Positions 1 to 9,023 of a stretch of 54,058 nucleotides of DNA are shown piece after piece (the stretch's first letter is position 1; the number at the start of each line of letters is the position of its first letter). Below the pieces are notes generated by a model. That model saw only the letters and a program-made list of their open reading frames with translations, did no database searches and was not told where the DNA came from. Source of the stretch: a virus (Duplodnaviria; Caudoviricetes); the IMG/VR virus record IMGVR_UViG_3300031776_000001, positions 1 through 54,058 of that record, one strand, 5' to 3'. The translations under genes were made by a program, and so were the position numbers.

Positions 1-1653
1 AGCCCAGGGCACCAGGACCTCACGCGTCACCTCGGGGTCGAGGTAGGCGAGATCAGCCAAGACCCTCTCGTTCTCCCGTTGCGGATTCTCGATACCCAGA
101 AACTCGTCGCGGGCCGTCTCCAGGGAGATCAGCTTCTTGTCGGTGAGCAACGCCGCCAGCTGCGCCATCTGGACGCGGTCTCGCGGTGCCACCTTGCGGA
201 ACCTGACCACGGTGCGGGTGCCCACGGCAGCCACGAGATCTGGGGTAATGGCATTCCCCGACACCAGACGCCCCGTCAAGGGATCGCGCACTAGATACCC
301 CACTGGGCCATCATGGAGATCCCGAATCAGCTCCAGAGCACGCTGGTTCACCTGCTCGATCACTTGCTCCAACACCCGCGTCAGCGGGTGCAGCGTATCC
401 ATGGCAGCATCAGTCTGGAGCGTCAGCGCAAAGCCGGAGCCTTGGCCCACGCCCCAGAGGACACCCGGCAACCCTCCCTTCTCCACGTCATCCACCAGCG
501 CCTGCATCACCGGCGCCGCATTGGCCGGGTTGGGAGTCACCTGGAGCACATCCACCCGCTCCCTGTCGAAGTAGAGGAAGTTGGTGGCACCCGCCGACAG
601 CTTGATGGGCTGCGGGTTGTCAGGGCGGGCCGGATCGTAGTAGTAGACGGTGGGCGGGTTGGCGACTCTGGCCACCTCCGTCGCGAGTTGTGAGATGAGA
701 CGGTTCAGTTGGCGATAGGCTCGCTTGATGCCATGGAAGATGGAGACGCCCACCTCTTGTGTCCAGTGCTGCTGGTCACGGAAGGTGGCCCGGATGGGAG
801 CTCCCAAACCGGTGGCGACAATCCAGGGCACGAAACCATACCCATGCTCCGTGGGTGGCTTGATCTCGATTCCATCCACCTCCAGCGCATGCCACCAGTC
901 GTCGTAATAGGCCTGCACCTCGACAATATGATCCTCATCGCGCCCCGAGAGTGCCTTCTCCGCCTCGGGCCACTCATCCAGGATCTCCCCTACCGTTGCC
1001 CAGTAGCGGTGCACCACGTAACGGAGCCCGTTGGTTCCCAACTGTGGGTAGACCTGCCGCGGGTCACAGACATGGAGCTCCACCGGCAGCTCCCCCGCCG
1101 GTGCATCGGCGTTGTAGGAGATCCGGATGGTCACCCATCCCCGCAGGCAGAGAAAGTGGGCGATGTCGCGGAGCAGCGGGCCATGTAGCCCTTGCATCCA
1201 GCGACGGTCCCAGACCTCCCAGGCATAGCGCAGGAAGTCCTCGATGGCCTGAGCCGCCTCCCGCAACCGGCTGTGCGGCGGCACGGCATCGATGGATGGC
1301 AGCTGCTTGGACAGAATCGACGATGCCTTCTCCACCAGCACCCACGGGATGTTGCGGATCACCACCTCTCCCTCGCCCTGGGGGATATCGGTCATCCGGT
1401 AGAGCGAGAGATCTTCATCCATCCGCTGGTCACGGAGGGCCCAGAACTCCGTGGCGCGCTGCACCAGTGTCTGGATCTGTTCCCGCGTCGGCTTGCGCCG
1501 CCGAGGGTGCCGCTCCTCCTCCTCGGTAGCCGAGGGCTCCAACAGCCCTTGCACCTCGGCCATCCCCTCGGCGATCCGCCACAAACCCTCTGGATTCTCT
1601 TCTGGAGGCTGCGGGGGCAGTACCATGGCCCCTCCTTTCTCACCATTGGTCAT
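1..1653 (-). CDS. Portal protein, N-terminal part (copy of 50088..52037, truncated by window edge; likely start 1626)
   Basis: Same sequence as the intact 649-aa ORF; directly follows terL. Confidence 0.85.
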   Translation of the reverse strand, partial: MTNGEKGGAMVLPPQPPEENPEGLWRIAEGMAEVQGLLEPSATEEEERHPRRRKPTREQIQTLVQRATEFWALRDQRMDEDLSLYRMTDIPQGEGEVVIRNIPWVLVEKASSILSKQLPSIDAVPPHSRLREAAQAIEDFLRYAWEVWDRRWMQGLHGPLLRDIAHFLCLRGWVTIRISYNADAPAGELPVELHVCDPRQVYPQLGTNGLRYVVHRYWATVGEILDEWPEAEKALSGRDEDHIVEVQAYYDDWWHALEVDGIEIKPPTEHGYGFVPWIVATGLGAPIRATFRDQQHWTQEVGVSIFHGIKRAYRQLNRLISQLATEVARVANPPTVYYYDPARPDNPQPIKLSAGATNFLYFDRERVDVLQVTPNPANAAPVMQALVDDVEKGGLPGVLWGVGQGSGFALTLQTDAAMDTLHPLTRVLEQVIEQVNQRALELIRDLHDGPVGYLVRDPLTGRLVSGNAITPDLVAAVGTRTVVRFRKVAPRDRVQMAQLAALLTDKKLISLETARDEFLGIENPQRENERVLADLAYLDPEVTREVLVPWA

Positions 1654-3193
1654 ACGCCATGCGCCGGACCACTGGCTCAGGGCGCTCCAGGCGCCGGAAC
1701 GGTGGCAGGTTCACGAAGAAGTACTCCACCGCGCTGCGCAGATGCGAGGTCCCATCATGAATGGGCCTGCCACGCTCATCCTTGCGGGCCCGGCTCATCG
1801 CCTCATCGACGAGGGAAGCATCGACAGCACTCCCTGGGTTCACATTGACCACCACGCGCCGGATCCCGATTTCGGTGAGTTGCTTGCGGGTAAGATAATC
1901 CCGCGCCTTCTGGTTGGTGAAGACGTAGATCCCATGCTGCTTCAAGATGTCCAGCACCGAGAGCCCAGTCCCCACATGACGGTTGCCCCCTGCTGGATCA
2001 CCGAAGTGGATCGGCTTGGCCCACTTGCGGTGGGCCTGGATCTTGGCCCTCTCGTCCATGCTGTAGAGGTGCTCCCGCTCCGGCTCCAGCTCCCCCGTCA
2101 CGAAGGGGATGAACCAGTCCACCGGCATATCGCGGCGCTGGATGGCATCGAGGCAGACCACCTCATCCCGCTCACGATTGACCTGCCACCAGATGATGCA
2201 GGTGGTGTCGAGCCCGAAGTCCCAGCTGCAGTAGAGCAGCGCATTGGGATCATACTCCCGCTGCTCCCGCCGCACTCCCTGCCACCCCGGGTAGACCAGA
2301 TCCCCCTGGTCCACGTAGGGATCCATCTCCAGCTCCTGCAGGATCTCCTCCCGCGTCTTGCGCTCCAGCTGCCGCTGGTACCAGGCCTCATCCTTGCGGG
2401 GATGCAGGCGCCAGTGCAACTGGAGGCGGGGAATCTGGCCTGACTCCCAGAGGCGCCAGAACAGGTTGTCGGCCCCGTTGACAGTGGAAACGGCGATGCG
2501 ACACCGTGTGGCCTCGGAGGCAGAGCGCCAGGCCCGCTCCTGGGTATTCTTCTCCCAGTGCGCCAGCTCATCGATGAAGATCACCGAGAACCGCCCCTGG
2601 CGCCCAAAGTTCCCCTGCGACGACTCCCCCTTGATGGCGGAACCGTTAGCGGGATTGATCAGCTTCATGTGGAAGCGATGCTTGCGTGGCAGGAACCCCT
2701 CAGGCTTGAGCCAGCTGGGCAGCCGCTCCAACATGTAGTCGAGCCTGCCGAAGTGGGAATCCGCCAAGCGATTATCCACCAGGTCCTCGGTACGGGATCC
2801 GATGAGAGCCTGAAAACCTTGGTCGAAGAGCCAGTGCCAGAGTAACCAAGCCATCGCCACCCAGCTGGCACCCATGTCGCGAGACTTCAGGACGATCCCA
2901 TCTTCCTGGTTGCGATAACGCTCCTCGTACCAGCGGATGAGATCCACCTGGAACTCGTAGAGGATGAAGGGGAGATGCGGCGTCTTGCCACTCTCCAGTT
3001 CACGAGGGTCGAAGGTCCACAGAGCGAAGTTGCAGAACCAGGCTGGATCCTCGCGACAACGGCGGCTGATCTCCTCGCGCAGCATGGGATCCCGGTGCGC
3101 CTGCACTGTCAAGAGGCCACGCTCCCGCAGAGTGGGTGGGCGGTCCGGGATCAGGATCCCGCCTCGTGGAGACGCGCTAGCCACCGTGCCCAC
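1640..3193 (-). CDS. terL: Terminase large subunit
   Basis: 517 aa. Has LYEFQ adenine-binding motif, Walker A variant KSRDMGASW, Walker B VIFIDE, coupling motif VST, and RNase H-like nuclease WDFG...HDGTSH. Lies upstream of portal. Confidence 0.93.
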   Translation of the reverse strand: MGTVASASPRGGILIPDRPPTLRERGLLTVQAHRDPMLREEISRRCREDPAWFCNFALWTFDPRELESGKTPHLPFILYEFQVDLIRWYEERYRNQEDGIVLKSRDMGASWVAMAWLLWHWLFDQGFQALIGSRTEDLVDNRLADSHFGRLDYMLERLPSWLKPEGFLPRKHRFHMKLINPANGSAIKGESSQGNFGRQGRFSVIFIDELAHWEKNTQERAWRSASEATRCRIAVSTVNGADNLFWRLWESGQIPRLQLHWRLHPRKDEAWYQRQLERKTREEILQELEMDPYVDQGDLVYPGWQGVRREQREYDPNALLYCSWDFGLDTTCIIWWQVNRERDEVVCLDAIQRRDMPVDWFIPFVTGELEPEREHLYSMDERAKIQAHRKWAKPIHFGDPAGGNRHVGTGLSVLDILKQHGIYVFTNQKARDYLTRKQLTEIGIRRVVVNVNPGSAVDASLVDEAMSRARKDERGRPIHDGTSHLRSAVEYFFVNLPPFRRLERPEPVVRRMAYDQW

Positions 3194-3735
3194 TCCTCCT
3201 CCGATGCATCCTCCGGCGGCAGGGCCCCCATGAGCTCCTGATCCCGCTCTTGCCGCTGCTCCGTCTCCCGCATGATCTCCCGCGTCATGGTGGTGGTGGA
3301 GAGCCTGACGATGCCGACTCGGTCCAGCCAGGTCTCGATAGCCTTGAGCTTGATCTCCTGACGCCCTTCTTGGAGCAGCGTCACGAACTGTTCCAGCACC
3401 AGCGGGGCCAGGACCGCCAGATCCTCCAACACCCTGGTGCGCAAGGTGGCGAGGTTGCGGAGCTCCTTCTCTTGCTGCTCCGCGTCATAGAGCTGCGCCT
3501 GCTCATACCAGCGATCCTCGCGAGACCACCGGTACAAGAGCTCCTTGTTGGTGGTGGGAATATCCCGCCGCAGCCCCAGGCTGCCATCAGGATCACGACG
3601 ACGACGGCTCACGTACTCCCGCCAGAGCCCTTCCACACTGCGCCGGGGTCCCATGGCCAGGAAGTCGGTGAGGGCACGCTGCCGACGGAGGTACTCCTTG
3701 GTACCCGGATTGGCTCCGTAGATCTGCACCGTCAT
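3151..3735 (-). CDS. terS: Probable terminase small subunit
   Basis: 194 aa immediately upstream of terL. MGPRRS...LYRWSREDRW..QA..YD HTH-like pattern followed by helical region; GGAGGAG RBS. Confidence 0.7.
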   Translation of the reverse strand: MTVQIYGANPGTKEYLRRQRALTDFLAMGPRRSVEGLWREYVSRRRRDPDGSLGLRRDIPTTNKELLYRWSREDRWYEQAQLYDAEQQEKELRNLATLRTRVLEDLAVLAPLVLEQFVTLLQEGRQEIKLKAIETWLDRVGIVRLSTTTMTREIMRETEQRQERDQELMGALPPEDASEEEWARWLARLHEAGS

Positions 3736-4049
3736 GGCTCCTCCTCCCGGCTGGTCGCACTCTTGGCACCCTGCACCAGTGCCTCCTCGACGAGTGCCTG
3801 GATCTGGCTCTTAGGAGTGAACTCCTGGTGATAGTAGCCCAGAAGCTGCGCACCCGGTACCGCGTCACCCCAGATCAGCCCTGGACCAGGCGCTCCCTCC
3901 ACCTCGGGAGCCAGGGGATCCCGCGGTACGATGCTCCTGAGAGTACTCTCGTCGAGAGCCCAGAAGGTGAGGGGAAGGATCAGCCGATAGGGATGACGCG
4001 CTAACGCATAGACCGCGAACCAACCTGCCGCTGGAAACAGTTTCACCAT
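3732..4049 (-). CDS. Hypothetical protein
   Basis: 105 aa, GAGGTG RBS, stop overlaps terS start. Confidence 0.7.
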   Translation of the reverse strand: MVKLFPAAGWFAVYALARHPYRLILPLTFWALDESTLRSIVPRDPLAPEVEGAPGPGLIWGDAVPGAQLLGYYHQEFTPKSQIQALVEEALVQGAKSATSREEEP

Positions 4050-4073
4050 CCACCTCGCACTGTCGCGTCACCA

Positions 4074-4280
4074 TCAGCTTGAAGCTGGTGTCTCTTCATG
4101 CTCCTCCAACCCACGCAGGAGGTCCAGCACCTCTACCAGATAGATCCGGAGGTGCCGCAAGAGTTCCCGCAGCCCCTCCTCCTCATCGAGGACACCATCC
4201 AGGACATCGTGCCGGATTCCCCAGCAGTCATCCTCGATGTCCTCACAGATCCGTATCACTTCCTCGTAGAGATCCGGCAT
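4074..4280 (-). CDS. Hypothetical acidic protein (MPDLYEEVIRICEDIEDD..., 68 aa)
   Basis: GAAAGGAG RBS upstream of ATG at 4280; start trimmed from the 156-aa ORF call. Confidence 0.7.
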   Translation of the reverse strand: MPDLYEEVIRICEDIEDDCWGIRHDVLDGVLDEEEGLRELLRHLRIYLVEVLDLLRGLEEHEETPASS

Positions 4281-4309
4281 CGGATGGCTCCTTTCTCGAC
4301 TACCAGCGG

Positions 4310-4381
4310 CAGCCGGGGCAGGATTCGAACCTGCGTGGCAGGGGTCAACCACCCCGTGCTCTACCCTTGAGCTACCCGGCT
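4310..4381 (-). tRNA. tRNA-Asn(GTT)-like gene with atypical anticodon loop
   Basis: Minus strand reads AGCCGGG TA GCTC-AAGGGTA-GAGC A CGGGG-TGGTTGA-CCCCT GCCAC GCAGG-TTCGAAT-CCTGC CCCGGCT G. Acceptor, D and T arms are canonical and the discriminator is G; G33/G37 are atypical; no encoded CCA. Confidence 0.75.
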
Positions 4382-4390
4382 GCGATGGGC

Positions 4391-4534
4391 TCACTTCTTG
4401 CGGCGCGTCTGCTTCGCCTTCGTCTTCGTCTTCTTCTGCTCCTGCAGCGCCTGACCAGTCTTCTTGGCGTACTCCATCGCCTCGCGGATCCCCTGTTCCG
4501 TGTAGGGGAAGTGGCGCTTTCCCACCTTCGGCAT
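4391..4534 (-). CDS. Small basic protein (MPKVGKRHFPYTEQGIREAMEYAKKTG..., 47 aa)
   Basis: Read manually (below ORF-track cutoff); K/R-rich; packed directly after the upstream gene. Confidence 0.7.
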   Translation of the reverse strand: MPKVGKRHFPYTEQGIREAMEYAKKTGQALQEQKKTKTKAKQTRRKK

Positions 4535-4536
4535 CG

Positions 4537-4755
4537 TCACTCACCCTTTCCCCGCTTCGGGTGCTTGATGTTCACCAGCTTGGTACGCCCACCCTCCGGA
4601 CCTTTCTTGCGCAGCACGGCAAAGGTCAGGATGGTGCCGTCCTCCAGCTTCACGCTCCGGTAGCGGAGCACCTGCTTCTTGGGCGGATCTTTGTAGTCCT
4701 CGATGACGTAGTTCTTGGTCTCCTCGATCCTGATGGGTTGGCGCTTCTTGGCCAC
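4537..4755 (-). CDS. Small basic protein (MAKKRQPIRIEETKNY..., 72 aa)
   Basis: GTG start with GAGGAGG RBS. Confidence 0.7.
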   Translation of the reverse strand: MAKKRQPIRIEETKNYVIEDYKDPPKKQVLRYRSVKLEDGTILTFAVLRKKGPEGGRTKLVNIKHPKRGKGE

Positions 4756-4766
4756 CGCTGCCCTCC

Positions 4767-4994
4767 TCAACCGCTCCCCGCACCAACGCGAGGCCGGTAA
4801 CCACGCCAGGTCGGCGCCAGGCGCTCCCACTCGCGACGGCACTCTTCTGGATCGGTACCCATCACCCAGACGCCGCGCTCTGGCTCCGGAGTACCGATGA
4901 GGTAGGGTGTACCTGGAACCGCCTCGAAGTGCCAGCCATCAGGATCCACCCAGGAGACAGGGATCTCAGGCGGTATCGTGGTTCCATCCATCAT
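4767..4994 (-). CDS. Hypothetical protein (MMDGTTIPPEIP..., 75 aa)
   Basis: Fills the gap between neighbours; purine-rich upstream sequence. Confidence 0.5.
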   Translation of the reverse strand: MMDGTTIPPEIPVSWVDPDGWHFEAVPGTPYLIGTPEPERGVWVMGTDPEECRREWERLAPTWRGYRPRVGAGSG

Positions 4995-5016
4995 CTTCCA
5001 CCACCCTCGTCGAGGG

Positions 5017-5184
5017 TCAGCGCTTGCGCCCCTTCTTGGCCAGCTCCTGGAAACGGCGCTTGCCGTACTTCTGCCTCCCGATCCAGGCAGCCAGCGCTGC
5101 CGGGTTGTCAGCTCCACGCTTCTCGAGTTGCTTCACCAGCTGCTTGAACCGTTCACCACTGCCCAGAGGTGGTTTCTTGGCCAT
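5017..5184 (-). CDS. Small basic protein (MAKKPPLGSGERFKQL...ALAAWIGRQKYGKRRFQELAKKGRKR, 55 aa)
   Basis: Read manually; GAGGAG RBS; strongly basic small phage-type protein. Confidence 0.75.
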   Translation of the reverse strand: MAKKPPLGSGERFKQLVKQLEKRGADNPAALAAWIGRQKYGKRRFQELAKKGRKR

Positions 5185-5196
5185 CGTCGCTCCTCA

Positions 5197-5415
5197 TCAG
5201 GTATCTTCACCGTAGGACCAGAACTCCTCAGCGGCGCCCATCTCATCAACACGCGAGTAGATCAGGGCCCGGAGATCTGCCAGGGTGTCGAGAAGGAGGC
5301 GCAGGGCCAGCACCTGCTCTCGTCCCTCTCGTTGCCGCACTGTCCAGAAGCGCAGCGCTAGCTCCCGTTCCAGGGCGTCCAACTCTTCCAACCAGTTCGC
5401 CGTCTCCATGAGCAC
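5197..5415 (-). CDS. Hypothetical helical protein (~72 aa)
   Basis: C-terminal part of the 128-aa ORF call; start chosen downstream of the hairpin. Confidence 0.6.
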   Translation of the reverse strand: MLMETANWLEELDALERELALRFWTVRQREGREQVLALRLLLDTLADLRALIYSRVDEMGAAEEFWSYGEDT

Positions 5416-5448
5416 CCCCGTTTCGCGTACCTGGCAGAGAGAGATGAT

Positions 5449-5480
5449 GCACTGGGGAGCAGGTAAGGACTCCCCAGTGC
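5449..5480 (-). terminator. Terminator-like hairpin after the glycoside hydrolase gene
   Basis: 11-bp stem GCACTGGGGAG/CTCCCCAGTGC, followed on the minus strand by pyrimidine-rich ATCATCTCTCTCT (no strong U tract). Confidence 0.5.
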
Positions 5481-5491
5481 TAGGCACACCA

Positions 5492-7582
5492 TTACCGCAT
5501 CCGGTAGAGCTCCACGACACCGCGGATGGTGCCGTTGATGTGCGGGTTGAACTCTGACTCGGCACAGTAGCTCCGCGGCACACCAGCTCCCAGGCGGATC
5601 AGCGGTGCATCCCAGGGCTCCACGGTAGTCCGAGGACAGTTGGGACTGGAGCCGGAGAGCAGGCCATCCGGGTGTTCATAGCGCAGGACGCCTCTCTCGA
5701 AGTACTGCACCAGGTAGTTGCAGACGTCACCGTTGATGGTCACCCGCTCATGGAAGTGCGTCGATATGGGTCTCCCCAGGAGGGCAATCCGCTCCTGGTC
5801 CGTGATGCCAGCGGCACCACTCTGCCGCCCCACCCGCGAGGCATGGTGGCTCCAGAGGTGCCCACAGACCTGGAACCCGGTCACGGTGTCGAAGTGGGGG
5901 CAAGCTGTCGAATCCTGCACCACTGACTGGTAATCGAAGGGGTTCCGCCTCCATTGCCCATTGACGTTGCGGATAAAGCAGTTTCCAGGGCCAGTGCCAT
6001 CTTCGCAGCGCAGGATCAGCCGGAAGCGTCCAACGGTTCTCCCCGTGTCCTTGCACTGCGACGAGGTGTTGCCTGGTGCACACAGGTACCCGGCGCGGAT
6101 GGCTCTCAGGAACCCGAGTTCAATGTTGCTGGACTGCGTGTCGCTCAGGATACCCCGCTCCGTCACCAGGAACCAGCGGTTGGTGTCAGGATTGAACCAC
6201 CAGCCGAGGCGGACACCGTAGATGTACATGGAACCGCCCACCGACTCGTTGCCATCGGCGACATAGTTGTACCGCTGGGCAGTGCACCCGGTGCCGGAGT
6301 AGACACAAGCAGGGTTGAAGCTGATGTTGCTCTCCGGTATCCGCGCAAAGACAGTGTCCAGGAGAGCCCGGTCCAGCATGTAGCGGTTCCGGGAGAACCC
6401 ACGACGGTAGTCGGCAACGAGGTTATCGGGATCTGCCGAGGCCTGGAACGGCCTCACCATGGTGGAGAGGTTCTCGCACTCTGCCTTTGAGACGCGATCC
6501 GGATCGCTCTGGTACCAGCAGCCGAGAGTGAAGAGTAACCCAAAGGCAATCTGGTTGGCGTCATCCCGCAGCATCTCCCGGATCGCATAACCTCTCACCA
6601 TACCAGGCTGGCGGGTGCCGTTGACGCCCTCCCCCACGATGTTGGGAAGGCCCCAGCCGTTGAGGTTCTGAATCGCGCCGACTCCCACCTCGCCCACGTA
6701 GACCGGCTTGTTCCCCACCCGCTGCTTCAAATACCGCATCGCCTGCACCGGATTGATGGGGTTGGAGAGGGAACCGTTGTAGAAGCGCTGGCGGGCATAC
6801 ACGTTGATGGCGAAGGCGTCGAAGCGCTGCACCACCTGCGAGTTGGAGAGCACCGCGTCGATTTGGCGTTGCCGAGTCGTGTAATCGGTGTCGGGAAACC
6901 CTGAGATGGTTCCCGCTGCCAGGATGACGCGACTCTTGTTGGTGCCGAATTTCTCGTTGATGAAGTCCCGCATTTGCGGCGCCAGCTCAGCCAGCTGGTT
7001 GGAGTAGGCGCGGAGATCAGCCAGGACATCGTCGAATCGGCCATCGCAGTTGGTGTCGTACTCGAGGTCAGGCTCATTCCCGAGTTGGATATAGACGCGC
7101 ACCGAGGAATCGCTGCTCAGGTAGTGGTTGAGGCGGTCCACCAGCGAGGCCCTGGACGTGCCATGAGGACGCAGCTGCGTCAGGCGCCGCGTGATCTGAC
7201 TGTAGGTCATGGGATCCCGCCCTGGATTGGTTTCACATGGTGCACGGGAACCCACACGCACCACGAAGGTGCGCACCCCGTTCTGGTAGAGTCTGTCGAT
7301 GTCATCAGCCCGGAGGTAGTTGGTCTCGTGGGCTGCCCAGATGCTAACAATTCGCACACCGTAGCTCCGGATGATGTTCATCTGGGTGTCGATGTGGCGG
7401 ATGTCACCAGCTGGCACCTGGCGAGACGCATCACCGAGGAACGGCGCGGTGAGCCCAATCTCGGTATTCGATGCAGACTCTACCGTAGGCGCTTCGCGCT
7501 TTGCCACTGGCACCAGCGCCAGCGACGACAGCACCAGGAGCAGGGTTAGCACATGGACCGCGAGACGTTGCCAACGCTTCAC
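5492..7582 (-). CDS. Secreted clan GH-A-like glycoside hydrolase with C-terminal QYFER-type cell-surface repeat
   Basis: 696 aa. Signal peptide MKRWQRLAVHVLTLLLVLSSLALVPVA; acid/base motif QLGNEPD; nucleophile motif KPVYVGEVG; C-terminal GRPIS...VQYFERG..YEHP...LG. Confidence 0.7.
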   Translation of the reverse strand: MKRWQRLAVHVLTLLLVLSSLALVPVAKREAPTVESASNTEIGLTAPFLGDASRQVPAGDIRHIDTQMNIIRSYGVRIVSIWAAHETNYLRADDIDRLYQNGVRTFVVRVGSRAPCETNPGRDPMTYSQITRRLTQLRPHGTSRASLVDRLNHYLSSDSSVRVYIQLGNEPDLEYDTNCDGRFDDVLADLRAYSNQLAELAPQMRDFINEKFGTNKSRVILAAGTISGFPDTDYTTRQRQIDAVLSNSQVVQRFDAFAINVYARQRFYNGSLSNPINPVQAMRYLKQRVGNKPVYVGEVGVGAIQNLNGWGLPNIVGEGVNGTRQPGMVRGYAIREMLRDDANQIAFGLLFTLGCWYQSDPDRVSKAECENLSTMVRPFQASADPDNLVADYRRGFSRNRYMLDRALLDTVFARIPESNISFNPACVYSGTGCTAQRYNYVADGNESVGGSMYIYGVRLGWWFNPDTNRWFLVTERGILSDTQSSNIELGFLRAIRAGYLCAPGNTSSQCKDTGRTVGRFRLILRCEDGTGPGNCFIRNVNGQWRRNPFDYQSVVQDSTACPHFDTVTGFQVCGHLWSHHASRVGRQSGAAGITDQERIALLGRPISTHFHERVTINGDVCNYLVQYFERGVLRYEHPDGLLSGSSPNCPRTTVEPWDAPLIRLGAGVPRSYCAESEFNPHINGTIRGVVELYRMR

Positions 7583-7749
7583 GTCGTGTGAACTCTTTTC
7601 GCTACCTCACAGCCGATTCCGACACCGATGGGATCCCAGGGGCAGGAGAGCGCACCCAGAGGGGCGCGGGCAACGCCAGAGGGCCGCGAGCAGCTGGACC
7701 CTGATGCGGATGCAGGTGCACTTCGGACCTGCCCCACCCATCGGAACCG

Positions 7750-7778
7750 AGTGTACCAGGCCAGCGCGACGCTGTCAA
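7750..7778 (-). promoter_or_regulatory. sigma70-type promoter for the glycoside hydrolase gene
   Basis: Minus strand TTGACA-17 nt-TACACT, ~170 nt upstream of the start codon. Confidence 0.7.
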
Positions 7779-7800
7779 GCGACAGCACTGCTCAACACCA

Positions 7801-8157
7801 TCAGATGGGCGACAAGAAGACGCGTATCGTCACGTCACTGGTCTGGTTGACCGCAGCATTGGAGTTGTCCATCGTCACCAACCGGATGGCGTCGAAGTCG
7901 GATAACAGTCGTGTGATGTCAGGAGCAAACACCGCAACGGTGTTCCCAGCGATGGTGGTGTAGACCACGCCACCGACGTTGCGCAGAGTCCGGAACGTGT
8001 CTGAACCATTGACGCGCACCTGGATTCCCAAGCGGGCTCCTGCGATGTTGGATGGCGTCGCAACTCCCACCAGCATGAGACCATTGATTGGGATGACCCC
8101 CGACGTCGAGGACCCATTGGCAATGGTCACATCTTGGGCAAAGACCTGATAACCCAT
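7801..8157 (-). CDS. Hypothetical beta-rich protein, possibly virion-associated (118 aa)
   Basis: ATG at 8157 with GGGGAG RBS; V/T/N/G-rich, jelly-roll-like composition. Confidence 0.7.
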   Translation of the reverse strand: MGYQVFAQDVTIANGSSTSGVIPINGLMLVGVATPSNIAGARLGIQVRVNGSDTFRTLRNVGGVVYTTIAGNTVAVFAPDITRLLSDFDAIRLVTMDNSNAAVNQTSDVTIRVFLSPI

Positions 8158-8179
8158 CGACGGCTCCCCCACTTCAGCT

Positions 8180-8640
8180 TGAGCGCGAGAGGATCAAGAC
8201 CCAGCTCGCGCTGGTTGGGCAACAGCGGCACAGGTGGCAGAGAACAGCAGGCTACTGCGGTGCGACAGCAGCCTGAGGGCAGCAGGCACAGGGCGGCAGT
8301 ACGGCGCAGAGGCACCCGGATTTTGGTGCTCCCATAAGATATGGCGGCCCCAGTGTTCCCGAGAGCCCATGACCACCGGTTCCGAGGCCCAGAATTCCGC
8401 ATCACGACGCCCAACTTGCCCTCTCAGGCTCCGCGTTCCCGCAGTTTTCCTCATCACGACGCGGAAATCACCGGTGGGCAACTGGCTCCGAGGGGAGTCG
8501 CGAGGTGTAATTTTGATTACACCCCTGTCACAGGTGCCCCGCCTCCTCGCCTCGGCAGCTGCTACCTACGTTTCGACTACCTAACTTTCGACAGCGTTTA
8601 CGCTGTCGATGACCAGGGCTGCTGACGCAGCCCTGGCTCC
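8180..8640 (-). ncRNA. Putative long structured leader or ncRNA
   Basis: No credible ORF. Dense stems at 8613-8636, 8588-8609, 8504-8523, 8373-8380/8470-8477, 8248-8275 and 8182-8212; G-U pairing and a GAGA tetraloop favour the minus strand. Confidence 0.4.
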
Positions 8641-8725
8641 AAGAGCGAGGGATATTGTGTAGCTGGAGCTGAGCAGGGTACATCTCCTCACCATCACGCT
8701 GATACCTGGTAGCTGGTACCTGGAA

Positions 8726-9023
8726 GCATCGTGTTACTCAGGGCGTCTTGGAAAGCCCTGAGTAACACGATGCGACCTAGGAGCTTCTGGGTACCTGGAA
8801 GCCACCACATGGTTATAACACGATAAACCCAATTGCTCCTGGACACCTGGTGCTTCTAGGAACCATTGGGTCGCATCGTGTTACTCGAGGCTCTCCGAGA
8901 CGCCTCGAGTAACACGATGCTACCTGAGGGTTCCTGGTTAACGCATTACCTGGTACCAGGTACTGGGTTGCAGCATCGTGTTACTTAAGGCGTCTCGGAG
9001 AGCCTTAAGTAACACGATGCTGC
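8726..9023. repeat. Three 19-bp-arm palindromes GCATCGTGTTACT-N6-loop10-N6-AGTAACACGATGC (8726-8773, 8873-8920, 8973-9020); putative replication origin
   Basis: Perfect inverted repeats with compensatory inner bases, interspersed TACCTGG motifs, located between divergent operons. The repeats are certain; the origin role is inference. Confidence 0.9.

Larger units (their letters stand above)
1..3674. repeat. Terminal direct repeat / circular overlap, copy 1 (offset 50,384 nt to copy 2)
   Basis: Position 1 onward (agcccagggcaccaggacc...) recurs from 50385, and the ORF tracks repeat with a 50,384 offset. I saw no differences up to ~2338, then scattered substitutions. Confidence 0.97.

Noticed and set aside
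8726-9023. CRISPR mini-array
   Set aside because: Units are 48-nt full palindromes in mixed orientation, with irregular gaps (99 and 52 nt) that are themselves repetitive; no cas operon.
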